Translations under genes and position numbers: made by a program
Assembly: GCF_006345805.1 (NCBI RefSeq)
Contig: NC_043004.1
Span: 19,282,001-19,346,000, forward strand
Reading direction: 5' to 3'
Source: Octopus sinensis
Lineage: Eukaryota
DNA length: 64,000 nucleotides
Shown here: in pieces, positions 13,500 through 26,525 of the stretch
Numbering within the stretch: position 1 is the first letter of the stretch
Layout of the letters: every line of letters begins with the position of its first letter
The notes under the pieces: model-generated
What the model was told of the DNA's origin: nothing
Databases searched by the model: none
Seen by the model: only the letters and a program-made list of their open reading frames with translations

Positions 13500-13904
13500 T
13501 AATCTGTATTTTTGTTATTTTTTATTTGCCCTGTCCGTGTGAGCTAACAATCGTACTGACTTTCATGGGAAACATGTATTTTGTGGTTGAAACCTTTGGA
13601 TTAACTGGTGCTAGAGTGAGCCATATAGTGACCACTCTCTTATATTTATTTTATATTATATTATTTATATATATATATATATTATATATATATATATATA
13701 TATACATACGGCAGTATATGGCAGTATATGGGATAGGTACTATCCCTTACTTGGTTTCTCAAGCTCTAACTCACACAGAAATATATATATACATATACAC
13801 ACACACATATATATATATAATATATATCATACATACATAATATGTGTGCGTGTGTGTGTATGTATATACAGGATGGCCGCTAGAAAACCGGAAAATTTTG
13901 AAGG

Positions 13905-14240
13905 CAAAATTAACAAGCTGTTATATGGTTGTGAAACTGGAACTATGTATAGTCGAGACGTCAAACATGTCATACGCTTTCATCAACTGAAAGTCCGCTC
14001 TCTCTTGAACATCAAGTGGTTGAACTATGTCTTCAATAACTCTGCGAAAGAAAGAACGAATAGCCAGAGCTATTCAAACATCACTTTCGATGGGCTGACC
14101 ATGTTACAAGGATGAACAATGAAACCTCGTCAGCGAACTGACAATCGGTAGAAGACAAAGAGGAGCTCCACTTTGATGCTATAAAGATCTACTAAAGTAA
14201 ATTCTGAAGCAGACCAGCTTTTCAGACGACCGTAACCAAC
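13905..14240 (+). mobile_element. RTE-clade LINE, RT C-terminal remnant
   Basis: LLYGCETGTMYSRDVKHVIRFHQLKVRSLLNIKW, followed by frameshifted RWAGHV..RM-like and Y KDLLK-like motifs. Confidence 0.8.
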
Positions 14241-14473
14241 TACCGACAAAGAATATAAAAAAGAGGAGGAGAGGCAACGGCAACGGAAAGTAGAGACTGC
14301 AGCAACGAAGACCGACTCTGATATTCATACGTGGTCAATGCAATCGCGCATTCTGCGCGCTGATTGGCCTCGTTAGCCATATTCATCACCGGCATGAATG
14401 GTCCAATATTCGTCCAGGGGTAGAAATAACTCCTCGGATTCGAGGGTCGAGTCGACGACACACCACACACACA

Positions 14474-14506
14474 CAGACAGACAGACAGACATACAGACAG
14501 ACAGAC

Positions 14507-14605
<99 letters not shown>

Positions 14606-14610
14606 CAGAC
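14474..14610. repeat. (GACA)n/(GATA)n tetranucleotide array
   Basis: Seen directly. Confidence 0.95.
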
Positions 14611-15159
14611 ATGCATATACATATGTATGTATGCACGTGTGTTTGTGTGCGTGTATATATTTTAGTGGGTTGGCAAATGAGTAAACCATCTGGTCTATTA
14701 TTTGAAGCGTGCAGTTTAAGACATGCATGTCGCCAGTAAATGCTCAAAATAATCTTAGATTAGAGTTCAGTACCTGTATTAGTCCAATATACCATAGGAT
14801 TTCGACTGAATCCGATTATAAGAAGTGTATGAAAATTTAGCAAACTACAGCCAAGTCATCAATTATCAAGATTTACGATGAATGACCGTCTTTACTACAT
14901 TCGCACAATGTCCAGGCGAAATACTCGTGATATAAAAGAGATTCATTCAATCAATGCGAAAGAGAAAGGTAGAATTGTCAGGAAAAAGAAAGCATCAATA
15001 ACATTGACGAAGTTGAATACATTTCTAATATTTTATAAGTATATATCCTTATGTTTCTGACTGTTCTTTGTAGCTGGAGAAAAAGTGAGCCGTGTATTAG
15101 ATGACAGTAAATTATATAGCTATATTACACGTTTCTAATTGTTTCTGAAAGAATAGAGA

Positions 15160-15300
15160 TGACGAGCTGGCAGGATCGTCAGAGCATTTAAGTATTTCTT
15201 CCGACTCTTTACATTCTAAGTTTAAATCTTGCCGAGGCCATGCTTGACTTCAGTTTCTAAGGGATTGATAATATAAAGTACCAGATAAATACTTGGGTAT
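15160..15300 (+). mobile_element. SINE family B, degenerate
   Basis: TGACGAGCTGGCAG head, GCCGAGG and AAGTACCAG motifs shared with 28182. Confidence 0.6.
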
Positions 15301-16843
15301 ATGATATGGACTAAGCTCTTTCCTTAAATGTCAGAATCTGTACTGATGCTAAAAAAGTTATTTCTAAAAGAAATATTAGCATTCATTTATCACAACAACG
15401 AACTTGTTTATTTACAGAAGTATTGAATGTTATACCATTAAAGCAATAAAAACCGTCATCCAACTTATTGACTTACTCATAAACACATTCAGTCTTTCCC
15501 GCATACATACACTCTCATCTGTCTGTCCATTCTACTGATACTCGGCTATCACTTTCGCCCACAACTGTCTCTCTTCCTCTTGTGACTACTACCGTGTCTC
15601 CCCAAAGCACTGCATTAACCATTATGACCAGTAAAGGTTTAATGCACCACTACACAACTTCATTGCAGATCTTTTACTCTAAAGCACTATACTGTATTAC
15701 ATATTAAAAAACTGCAATATCCCAATTCTATCACATCAAAATATTCCATCGATATCTATTCCAAAAACAATTTACAACAACAGCAACAGCATCAATAGTA
15801 ATTGTTGTCTGGTGGAAAGATGTTTTATCTGTTGTATTAAACTCATTACTATTAAATAAGGTGATGTAGTGGGTTGGAACGTTAGAAAGTTGCATCTGAT
15901 AATTTAAGGTATGTATTTCGTTGACTCGCATTTGTGAATTGAAATCTCGTAGGGATCGCCTTTCACTTTCATCTCGAGTGAAATTGATTCAATAGTTGAT
16001 ACACCCACCTCTTACAAAATATCCAAGCAGCTTAACAGAGATATATAAGTGATATCACTAAATGAAATTGACGTACATGCTAATGGAATTTGTTTATTAA
16101 AACATGGGTTTTTATATTATTGCTAGTATGAAATTGGCAAAAACAAAAACGCTACAAAAAACATATGGTGAGCTTTATAAGTGCTCTTTGACTTCATTTG
16201 AATGAAAGCAATGTACATCTTTTGAACATTTTTGAAACGTTGTTTTGCAAAGTAAAAATACAATTAACTGTTTTACTCATACACACCGATCAAAGCCAAT
16301 ATCTTAATGCTGTCGGTTGTTCCGTTAGGAAGCTTTTTACTTAACCTTTAATTTTAATATCCTATTTTGCTTCGTTTGCTTTTTTATTTCTTAGTTTACT
16401 ATCGCATCGTTTTCCGTTTTTCAATATATAGGTTTATATAAGATTACATACATTAACATAATGCATGTACTATTTTGCTTTACTTACCCAATAATGTGTG
16501 AAGTTAAGTAGTATACTGAATAAAGTGTGAGACATGCAGTTGAAGAGTTGTGAGAATACATCACACCACAGATATTAGGCAATACTTTTAACATAGGTTT
16601 GTATTTTGACTGAACTTCATCGCCTTCAACGTAGATACAACATATGAGAAGCAATGATTACTTATTTCTATAATTTAATAATACTGCTGCAAGCGGGTAT
16701 AAATTTATATTTGAAAATCTCGTACACATTGAGAACATAAACGAACCAATCAAAAAGTCTCTATATGGCCGGTCGACCAGTAAGAAATAGTTGCAATATT
16801 TGCCTCATATACTTTATGCTCCTTTAAAAAGTTCAATAATATA

Positions 16844-17021
16844 GACGCAGGCGTGGCTATCTGGTAAGAAGATTGTTTCCAAACCATTTGATTCCGGATT
16901 CAGTTCCACTGTGTGGCGCCTTGGACAAGTGTCTTCTAGCCCCGGGCTGACTAAAACCTTCTGGGTAGACTTGGTAGTTTGAAACTGAAAGAAGCCCGTC
17001 ATATATATATATATGTATATA

Positions 17022-17069
<48 letters not shown>

Positions 17070-17257
17070 GTGTGTGTGCCCCCAACCCCACCAACTGCAT
17101 GACAATCGGTATTGGTGTGTTTACTTCAAAGGAGACCAATAAAATAAGTACATAACCAAAGGAAATTCAGTCCTGGGGTCGACTCATTCGAATAAAACTG
17201 CTTCAAAGCAGTACTCCGGCATGGCTGCAGTCAAATGATTCAAACGAGCAAAAGAAT
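16844..17257 (+). mobile_element. SINE family A, full length
   Basis: GCAGGCGTGGCT head, GCCTTGGACAAGTGTCTT core, internal TA/GT run, GCATGGCTGCAGTCAAATGA tail. Confidence 0.85.
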
Positions 17258-17291
17258 ATAATTCTAGATACTGCGTGGTTGAATAAAAGAC

Positions 17292-17527
17292 GTGTTAGGC
17301 ACGACTGGAACGTCTTTGACCATCCCTGTCTGCTCTATCATGGACAATCTAGGCAAACAACATAAATAATGAGTATAATTCTATATTAAATATGATAACC
17401 ATCACCAAAACGAATAACGATTCTACGAGCAGTACCGCATCTCTACATGGGTACTGACAGAGCTGACAGATTGCCCCTGATAGAGCAGACAGGCCATGAC
17501 GAAAGACGTTCTAGTTGTACCTAACAC
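17292..17527. mobile_element. MITE-like element with imperfect TIRs of about 50 bp
   Basis: GTGTTAGGCACGACTGGAACGTCTTT..CCTGTCTGCTCTATCA is mirrored by TGATAGAGCAGACAGG..AAAGACGTTCTAGTTGTACCTAACAC; no clear TSD. Confidence 0.65.
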
Positions 17528-17564
17528 ATTAACTAATTCCAAACTGCATACACTTACCATATCT

Positions 17565-18300
17565 CAGCCAATACGACATAATTCTCTGACCCTGGCAACT
17601 ATCACTCTATTCAAATGATTTCTAATATCTATAAGGTAATGAAGGCAGCTATTAACAACTGTGTCTACCAACACCTTAAAGCTCTCTCTCCCACTATTTA
17701 ATAAACAACCAGTATGTTTTCCACATAGCAAGATCCATAGTGACTTATTCTCCTCTATCACCCCTCAGTAGGCTCTTGTGTTGGGAAAATTTGGTGAAAG
17801 TGACGTTATCAGCCTTGGCATCTACAAAGCTTTCTGGCTTGCGAGTTTCCTAGCGAAGCTAGCTTCCTATGGGCTCCATTCATCTCATGTTTTGGATCGT
17901 AGGTTCCTATCAAATCACACTATAATTTCATATATTGCCAGAGCATTTCTGCTCCCTATTCTATCAACTCAGTTTTGTTTCCAACTCTCTTCTTTGTATA
18001 CATTAATGAATTACTTACCTTCACCATTTGTACGACCCACTCTTGCACAGAGGATACTGCTTTACATTTCTTCCTAATTTTCTCCAGATATACAGATATC
18101 AGGTGCCAAACAGATAATGACTCCATGAACAGAGATTTTGAAAGCATCCTCCAATGGGAAAATGACAATCTCGTTTCTTTCAACAGCAAGCTATGACAAA
18201 AGCTACTTCTGTCAAGAACGCATCATCACACCATATGCACCTTGATTATGAGCAGAACTCGGCTAGAGGTTTCACAGCTGCCGGGTTTCATTACCACTGA
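17565..18300 (+). mobile_element. CR1-type LINE RT remnant, old and degraded
   Basis: SDPGNY..I, GESDVISLGIYKAF, LAKLASYG, LFFVYINELL, DFESILQWENDNLVSFNSK match the CR1/Zenon-like RT motif order. Confidence 0.8.
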
Positions 18301-18332
18301 CGTTCTGTACTGATTAAAGCATATATTCAACA

Positions 18333-20009
18333 CTAGCAGAGTTACCGGGCGTTGCCCGTGTTACATACAATTGAAGAATTAGACTTTTCTGTTATATTTT
18401 CTGTAATGAACTGGAATACCTATGTTTCGAATTTCATGAAAATTGCAGATGCGGGTTATTTCCCTCTTGACACACCCTAAAAAAATTGTAATCGTGCCAC
18501 ATGTATCCTATACTACTGATTTTTATGCTCATATTCCAAAATTCTAGTCTTATAGAACCTGTTAAAAGGATTTTGCTCCTGAAAAATGAAGGTCATGGAG
18601 CTCTAAAATGTGAGAGTTAAGGCCCCTATTGGGAGTGGGCATCTTAATGTCAACCAGAGAAGTTGAATTGTTGAGAATCTTTTTTACTTGGGTCTTATAT
18701 CTATTGTTTGAATTTCTTTGAAATAGGAAATATATGTTCACTGGGTTTGTAAAAGAGAGCAAAGCTACAGGAAACCAAAAGACGAATGATCACAATAAGC
18801 AGTCAGCTACAGTACCCTAGTCGTTACCACTCCCAATGTAGTATTCCTCACCATCCAGGTGACAGGCACAGCCGTAAGATGCATTACGAATCTATAGCAA
18901 TTGGAAGGACGTGACCCAACTGAAATAAGTATTAACAACTGTGTGACGTGAAGGCTAAGGTGAAATGAAAGTTGGAGTTTGCAAATGACCACTATACTGA
19001 TACGTAACTGGACAGAATAAATTTACAATCTATAAATGTCTTTGAATAACCAGTCACTCATCTGGGAAGGCCTTGAAATCAATGTTACCATCTGGGGACA
19101 ATGTGTGACCCAGTGATACTAAAAAGACTGAAAGGAGATCTGCAATCAAATAAATTTACACAACACTTTGCAACTGAATCAGTGGAGGCAAAGATGCCTC
19201 TCATTTACTTGACAATTTATGCAGCACATTGCAGAAATCACAATCTAAGTGTATGTCAAAGCAAACTCTTACACTGTTGTACCATTGAATTACAAATAAT
19301 GCTCATCTTCTATGCTCCGGTAACCGTACAGCTTCCAAGAGCGCAGCTGTATTCGATTTTGCTTAGATAAAATGACAAAATTGTGGGTGTTAAGTCCCCA
19401 TGGCGGGGTCTTTCTAACTTGTAAGAAGATGAAATTTTATAAATATTGCTTCATTTGTATCTAATATCTATGGTTAAAATTTCATCAACAGCAAAAATAT
19501 ATGAATTGTCAAGGGGATAATTGCCCTTATGTATAGAATATAATTTCCAAATTTCGTAAAGATCCATTCAGTACTTTTGACTTAGTTTTGGATCATAAAA
19601 GAAATGACTAAAAATTGGGAGTTAAGGCCCCCATTAGGGTATCTTAGAATCTTCATGTGAAGTGGAACCTTTGAGAATACTTCTTGATGTGTGTCAATTA
19701 TCCATGTTTGAAATTTCATCAATATCGAAAATTTATGAATTTTCATGGGGGTTCTACCCCCTTTAAGCCATCTGAAATTCAAACCAAACATATTGCATTA
19801 TACCCGCCCTTATGCATTGAAACTAAGTTTCAAATATCATAAGGATCCATTCAGTAATTTTGGTCCATGAAATTGTATGAAACACACAGCATTACCCTTC
19901 TCCCTAGGCTTCAATTTTATGTTCCCAATTCCATTAGGATCGGTGCAGCAGTTTTCGAATGTGTAAGTAATACACGAACACATACAGACATTGTCTTTGA
20001 TATAATAGA
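18333..20009 (-). mobile_element. Non-autonomous Helitron-type element of about 1.68 kb
   Basis: Minus strand begins A|TCTATTATATC and ends CGGGC-AAC-GCCCG hairpin, 9 nt, then CTAG|T: TC...CTAG termini inserted at an AT site without TSD; internal subrepeats (GATCCATTCAGTA, GTTAAGGCCCC). Confidence 0.75.
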
Positions 20010-20088
20010 TATGAATGTGCACATATACATACATGTATATATATATATATGCGTGTGTGTGTGTACGTGCGTGTATGTGTGTGTGTAT

Positions 20089-20119
<31 letters not shown>

Positions 20120-20126
<7 letters not shown>

Positions 20127-20797
20127 AAGATAAATTGATAGATACAACTGAGTGGGCAAACAAAAATATTAGAAACAGCGTAGTGCTTGTTTTATGTTGA
20201 TAAGCCTGGTACTTATACTATTAGTTTCTTCTTGTGAAACCAGTTAGTTATGAGGATGTAAATATACGAACAGCTGTTGTAAAGCAGTGATGATGGTGAA
20301 ACACAGAAACAATGTCACACACATACACTTAAATATATACATATATATATATACGATTGATTTCTTTAAGTTTCTATCTACGAAATCCATATATATATAT
20401 ATGTATACACACACACATACACAAAGATAAATTGTGTGGGCAAACAAAAATATGAGATATTGCTTAGTCGGATTTGTTTTTATTTTGATAAGCCTGGTAC
20501 TTATTCTATCAGTTTCTTCTTGTGAAACCAGTAAGTTATGGGGCTCTAAATAAACGAACAGCAGTTGTGAAGCAGTGATGAGGGAGAAACACAAAGCCAC
20601 ACACATAGACTTACGTATATACATACATTTATATATACGATTGATTTCTTTCAGTTTCTCTCTACAAAATCCACTGACAATGCTTTGGTTGGTCTGAGGC
20701 TATAGCAGAAAGCACATGCCAAGTCACCACACAGTGGGACTGAACCCAGGACCATGTTTTGGAACGAAGTTTCTTACCACACAGCCACACCTACACC
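20120..20797 (-). mobile_element. SINE family A whose 3' part and flank are tandemly duplicated (units about 20120-20389 and 20418-20672)
   Basis: Head at 20650-20797 (ACCACACAGCCACAC); the ACAAAGATAAATTG..GATAAGCCTGGTACTTAT..GAAATCCA unit is seen twice. Confidence 0.75.
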
Positions 20798-20984
20798 TAT
20801 GTATGTGTGTATGGGGGTATATATATATGCATGTATATACGTGTATATATATATATGTACATATTACATGTACATGTATATATATATATATATACTATCA
20901 ACACATGTATACATATACATCTATATGTCTAGACATACATGTATACACATACAGCTATACATATACATGTATATATATACATCC

Positions 20985-21045
<61 letters not shown>

Positions 21046-21199
21046 ATATATACGTGTAAATTTAAATTTAAAATAATAAGGGTGAAAAATTGAATATTAA
21101 TTTGATTAATATCAATTTAAAACCAGTGGTGTAGCATATTGAAAAGTCTGAAGTTTCAGAAAAAATTATATTACATGCATATAAGAGGGATGTTCACGT

Positions 21200-21489
21200 T
21201 CAGTTCATGCCACTTATATAATAGTTTCACAATTAAAGTGAATGCATTTGGCATTAAAATAGAGAGATGTTTTTGTTTCACTTTTGACACGTAATACTGA
21301 AATAATGGAGAAGATATGATATTGCTGTGGGCTCGCCCTAGGCAAGAAGTTAAAAATTATTTTGCCCATGACACTACATGGACCCTACGTAAGGCATATC
21401 TAAAATGAATGAAATTGGTTTTTTAGTTCTCAAGTTTTAGAGATTCACACAGACAGACAGACACACATTCTCACTTTTATATATATAGA
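21200..21489 (-). mobile_element. Probable Helitron-type 5' end fragment (duplicated, ending at 23051)
   Basis: CACACAGACAGACAGACACACATTCTCACTTTTATATATATAGAT reads on minus as A|TCTATATATATAAAA, the same kind of terminus as 18333-20009; no CTAG end found. Confidence 0.45.
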
Positions 21490-22046
21490 TTACTAAGATC
21501 GCATCTAATGATGTCATGGCCAAAAGATACCTCATTTCTCACTAATTATAATTCTAAAATCGGTTTCATTTACTCTGTAAGTACTGATAAATTTTATTGT
21601 ATATTAATACAAGGAATCATAAGTGTCCTCATATTTAACTTGCATTTTAACTTAATGAACTAGTGAAGGTGTCACTATAAATGATAATAGTAATAGTGCC
21701 CTTAGAACTAGAATTAACACATCTCACACATATCTAATCAATTCCATGATAATATGTGAGTTTTTCTGACAGTGTTCCAGCATTGCCACAGCCAAGTGAC
21801 TGAAACCAGTAAAACTGTAAGAGTCGAAGAATAAGTTTGACGATAATATATTTGAGGAGAAGAATTTAAAGTGTATCAAAGCAAGTTATTCACGAAACAA
21901 AGTGTTTTAGAATTAATAAGATTCAGAGAGGAGACATTTAATGAGAAATTATATTGGCATGAAAATTAAGTCCTTTCAGAATACTGAACCTATGAAATTA
22001 GATTGTCAATAAGCTTTGAAAGTCAAAGATTTTCACCACAGTTATA

Positions 22047-22460
22047 GGTGCAGGAGTGGCTGTGTGGTAAGTAGCTTGCTAACCAACCACATGGTTCCGG
22101 GTTCAGTCCCACTGCGTGACATCTTGGGCAAGTGTCTTCTGCTATAGCCCCGGGCCGACCAATGCCTTGAGAGTGGATTTGGTAGACGGAAACTGAAAGA
22201 AGCCTGTCGTATATAAGTATATATATATATGTGTGTTTGTGTGTCTGTGTTTGTCCCCCTAGCATTGCTTGACAACCGATGCTGGTGTGTTTATGTCCCT
22301 GTCACTTAGCGGTTCGGCAAAAAGAGACCGATAGAATAAGTACTGGGCTTACAAAGAATAAGTCCCGGGGTCAATTTGCTCGACTAAAGGTGGTGCTCCA
22401 GCATGGCCGCAGTCAAATGACTGAAACAAGTAAAAAGAGTAAAAAGAGAGAAAAAGAGTA
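22047..22460 (+). mobile_element. SINE family A, full length and young
   Basis: Complete head, core and tail GGTGGTGCTCCAGCATGGCCGCAGTCAAATGACTGAAACAAG(TAAAAAGAG)n. Confidence 0.9.
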
Positions 22461-22573
22461 AAAGAGTTATTACTTCACTTATGAAAATTCAGAGCTACTC
22501 AATCTTCTATGCCCCTACAACAATCCAAACAGAAAAACAAAGATTCGGAAATAAACAAGAGTGTGCAAATTAT

Positions 22574-22607
<34 letters not shown>

Positions 22608-23594
22608 GATATACGTGTAAATTTAAATTTAAAATAATAAGGGTGAAAAATTGAATATTAATTGATTAATATCAATTTAAAACCAGTGTGTAGCATATTG
22701 AAAAGTCTGAAGTTTCAGAAAAAATTATATTACACATGCATATAAGAGGGATGTTCACGTTCAGTTCATGCCACTTATATAATAGTTTCATCACATTAAA
22801 GTGAATGCATTTGGCATTAAACATAGAGAGAGATTTTTTTTGTTCACTTTTGACACGTAATACTGAAATAATGGAGAAGATATGATATTGCTGTGGGCTC
22901 GCCCTAGCAAGAAGTAAAAATTATTTTGCCCATGACACTACATGGACCCTAAGTAATGCATATCTAAAATGAATGAAATTGGTTTTTTAGTTCTCAAGTT
23001 TTAGAGATTCACACAGACAGACAGACCACTTCTCACTTTTATATATATAGATTACTAAGATCGCATCTAATGATGTCATGGCCAAAAGATACCTCATTTC
23101 TCACTAATTATAATTCTAAAATTGGTTCATTTACTCTGTAAGTACTGATAATTTTATTGTATATTAATACAAGGAATCATAAGTTCCTCATATTTAACTT
23201 GCATTTTAACTTAATGAACTAGTGAAGGTTTCATATAATGATAATAGTAATAGTGCCCTTAGAACTAGAATTACCCATCTCACACATATCTAATCAATTC
23301 CATGATAATATGTGAGTTTTTCTGACAGTGTTCCAGCATTGCCACAGCCAAGTGACTGAACCAGTAAAACTGTAAGAGTCGAAGAATAAGTTTGACGATA
23401 ATATATTGAGGAGAAGAATTTAAAGTGTATCAAAGCAAGTTATTCACGAAACAAAGTGTGTTAGAATTATAAGATTCAGAAGAGACATTTAATGAGAATT
23501 ATATTGGCATGAAAATTAAGTCCTTTCAGAATACTGAACCTATGAAATTAGATTGTCAATAAGCTTTGAAAGTCAAAGATTTTCACACATTATA

Positions 23595-24005
23595 GGTGCA
23601 GGAGTGGCTGTGTGGTAAGTAGCTTGCTAACCAACCACATGGTTCCGGTTCAGTCCCACTGCGTGGCATCTTGGGCAAGTCTTCTGCTATAGCCCCGGGT
23701 CGACCAATTGCTTGAGAGTGGATTGGTAGACGGAAACTGAAGAAGCCTGTCGTATATAAGTATATATATATATGTGTGTTTGTGTGTCTGTGTTTGTCCC
23801 CCTAGCATTGCTTGACAACCGATGCTGGTGTGTTTATGTCCCTGTCACTTAGCGGTTCGGCAAAAAGAGACCGATAGAATAAGTACTGGGCTTACAAGAA
23901 TAAGTCCCGGGGTCAATTTGCTCGACTAAAGGTGGTGCTCCAGCATGGCCGCAGTCAAATGACTGAAACATAAAAGAGTAAAAAGAGAGAAAAAGAGTAA
24001 AAGAG
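23595..24005 (+). mobile_element. SINE family A (duplicate of 22047-22460)
   Basis: Lies inside the tandem duplication. Confidence 0.9.
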
Positions 24006-24106
24006 TTATTTCACTTATGAAAATTCAGAGCTAACTAACCTTCTATGCCCCTACACAATCCAACCAAAAAAAAAAACAAAGATTCGAAATATAACAAGAG
24101 TTGTGG

Positions 24107-24167
<61 letters not shown>

Positions 24168-24597
24168 CCGGAATTATTTACGCTTAGCAATCATCAGACG
24201 AAGTACAATAATCAAATGTGTTTTACTTCCAGAGTTAATTTAGCGATATCTAACTCAAGTCAAGCATAAATTTTGTGTGATACGATAGAAAGCCTGCACA
24301 TGTAATGACCATCAATATAAAGCAATGGTAAATTATCTATTTAAGTGGTGTGACATTATATTATTTTAGCATTGCAATGCAATATTTCTGGAGGACGTAA
24401 GCATAATCAGGCTTGAATTTATAATATTCAGAAGTATTTGTAAAATACTTTCTTGAGAACATGGTGTTTTAAAGAAATATATGCTTATGCCATATCAAAA
24501 GTACCACCGTTACCGTTGGAGATGCTACTTTTCATTTACTATTCTACACACAAACAAAAAGGCACTTGTGCATGCAATATATATCTGTGTTCTATAT

Positions 24598-24766
24598 TTA
24601 AGAGATGAGGAATTATGTACATTATATACACTATTTACATTTGACAGATATTTGTCCTAATCTTGTTTGTTGTTAATACAACGTTTCCGCTGGTATACCC
24701 TTCAGCCTTCAACAGGTGTCTTGGGGAAATTTCTAACGTGGGTTCTCATTCCTAAGGCATTTTCGA

Positions 24767-24768
<2 letters not shown>
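24598..24768 (-). mobile_element. PLE-type 3' tail with a mutated HHR (24675-24720)
   Basis: Minus strand GACAC-CTGTTGA-A-GGCTG..CAGCG-GAAACGTT|GTATT; same family as 57290-57470 and 56710-56774. Confidence 0.75.
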
Positions 24769-24815
<47 letters not shown>

Positions 24816-24866
24816 TTTATTATTGTTATTATTATTATTATTATCATCATCATCATTATTATTATT
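24769..24866. repeat. (TTA)n/(TCA)n array
   Basis: Seen directly. Confidence 0.95.
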
Positions 24867-24973
24867 GAGTAGTTTTATTTTTATAGCGTGCTTTCACTTC
24901 ACTACCGAGCGCAGCTCTGTGTGCTTTGGGTATGTGTTGTGATTTGTTGTGATGCTCTGATGGTTACTGTATT
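24867..24973 (-). mobile_element. Probable R4/Dong-clade LINE 3' end
   Basis: Minus strand ATACAGTAACCATCAGAGCATCAC..GAGCTGCGCTCGGTAGTGAAGTGAAAGCACGCTATAAAAATAAAACTACT runs straight into (AAT)n. Family assignment is from memory of octopus repeats plus the known TAA targeting of Dong. Confidence 0.5.
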
Positions 24974-25004
24974 AAAGAAGCCCGTCTATATATACATATA
25001 TATA

Positions 25005-25725
25005 CATACGACACGGACTTCTTTCAGTTTCCGCCTGCCAAATCTACTCACAAGGCTTTTGGTCCGCCCGAAGCTATGGAAGAAGACACCGAACTCAACC
25101 CGGAACCAAGTGATTAGGAAGTAAGCATCTTACTACATGTGCGTGTTTGTGTGTATGTGTGTGTCTGTGCGCTCATGTAACCGTGTGTATGTATGTGTGT
25201 CTTTGTGTCTGTGTTTATCCCCCAACCAATGCTCGAAAACCGGTGTTGATGTGCTTACGTCTTATCCATCTACCGTTTCATCAAAAAAGTGTACGATATA
25301 TATACACATATATATATATGTGTATGTGTGGGAATGCATATATTCATGTGTGTGGCTTTGTGCCTGTTTTTGACCCTACCATCACTTAACCGATGTTGGT
25401 GTGTTTATGTCCCCGTAACCTAGCAGTTCGGAATAGGAGTGCGATAGAATAAGTACTAGGCTTACAAAGAATAAGTCCTGCGGTCGATTTCTTCGACTAA
25501 ACCCTTTCAGGTGGTGCCTCAGCATGGCCGCAGTCATATGATTGAAACAACTAAAAAGAAGAAAGAATATATACAATGAGACCTCTTTCAGTTTCTGCCA
25601 ACCAAATCCACTCATTTGACGTAAATTAGACCGAGGCAATACTAGAGGATATTTGAGAAATGTGCCCCGCAGTGGGACTGAACGCGGAACCATGTGGTTG
25701 GAAAGCAAACTTTTTTACCACATAA
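25005..25725. mobile_element. Cluster of SINE family A pieces in both orientations
   Basis: Minus-strand heads at about 25005-25138 and 25580-25725; plus-strand body and tail at about 25190-25560. Confidence 0.8.
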
Positions 25726-26525
25726 CAATTCCGATAAATCTTCCCCAAATTTTCTTTGCTGCTATTCCGTACCCATGTAGTATTATAGTGCGGGACTCAA
25801 CTACATCAATTAAGACATAGTATTTATGTCGGTTTATTCCGGAGAAAATTTAGAAAGCCTACATCATATCTAATGAGGTTTGATGTATGTTTACAAATAG
25901 GTTTCAGAAGTATATGGATAAATTTATTCTTTTTATCCGAGTGGTGGCGTGGCTCGTGTTAAGCACAGCGGCGGTGGAAGCGCTGCAACAGCAGTTATTT
26001 GTGGTAGTTATTGTTGTAGTATCGTTGTTTCCGTTGTCACTGTTTTAAAAATATTATGAGAATGGCTGTTTTTGTTACTCTACCTCCATATTTTATACCC
26101 TTTAAAAGTATTATGACCCAGAACTGCCAACCATTCGCATTACCATACTCGTATTAACATGGATTCAGTTCTCCGTTTCTCATCTCACTCCAGGGATCGC
26201 CGGAATTTCCAAACAACTCCTCGGATTGTAAACAAGAAATTTTTACGTTTTAGCAACGTCCAGAATGGGAAATTGGAACTCATTCAATGTTATGTTTATG
26301 TCGTAATTGATTTCATCGTTCACAGCTTTTCTAATTGCTCGATATATATTTACATTTTAAGAAAAAGGTCTGTTGTGCTGTTAAATGCAGCTTAAATTTC
26401 AAAACTAAATTAATATTTGAGAAAATCGATTTTTTATCTTTCAATAATTGTTTTAGTGGGTGAAAAAAGTTAATCGTGCATTTCGTTGGAGATTGTATTA
26501 GGCGGCTACAGGCACTTTAACCTTT

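Larger units (their letters stand above)
21050..24110. repeat. Tandem duplication of about 1.55 kb (about 21050-22570 and 22610-24110) joined at a (TA)n run
   Basis: Colinear copies that differ mainly by 1-nt indels. Confidence 0.95.
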
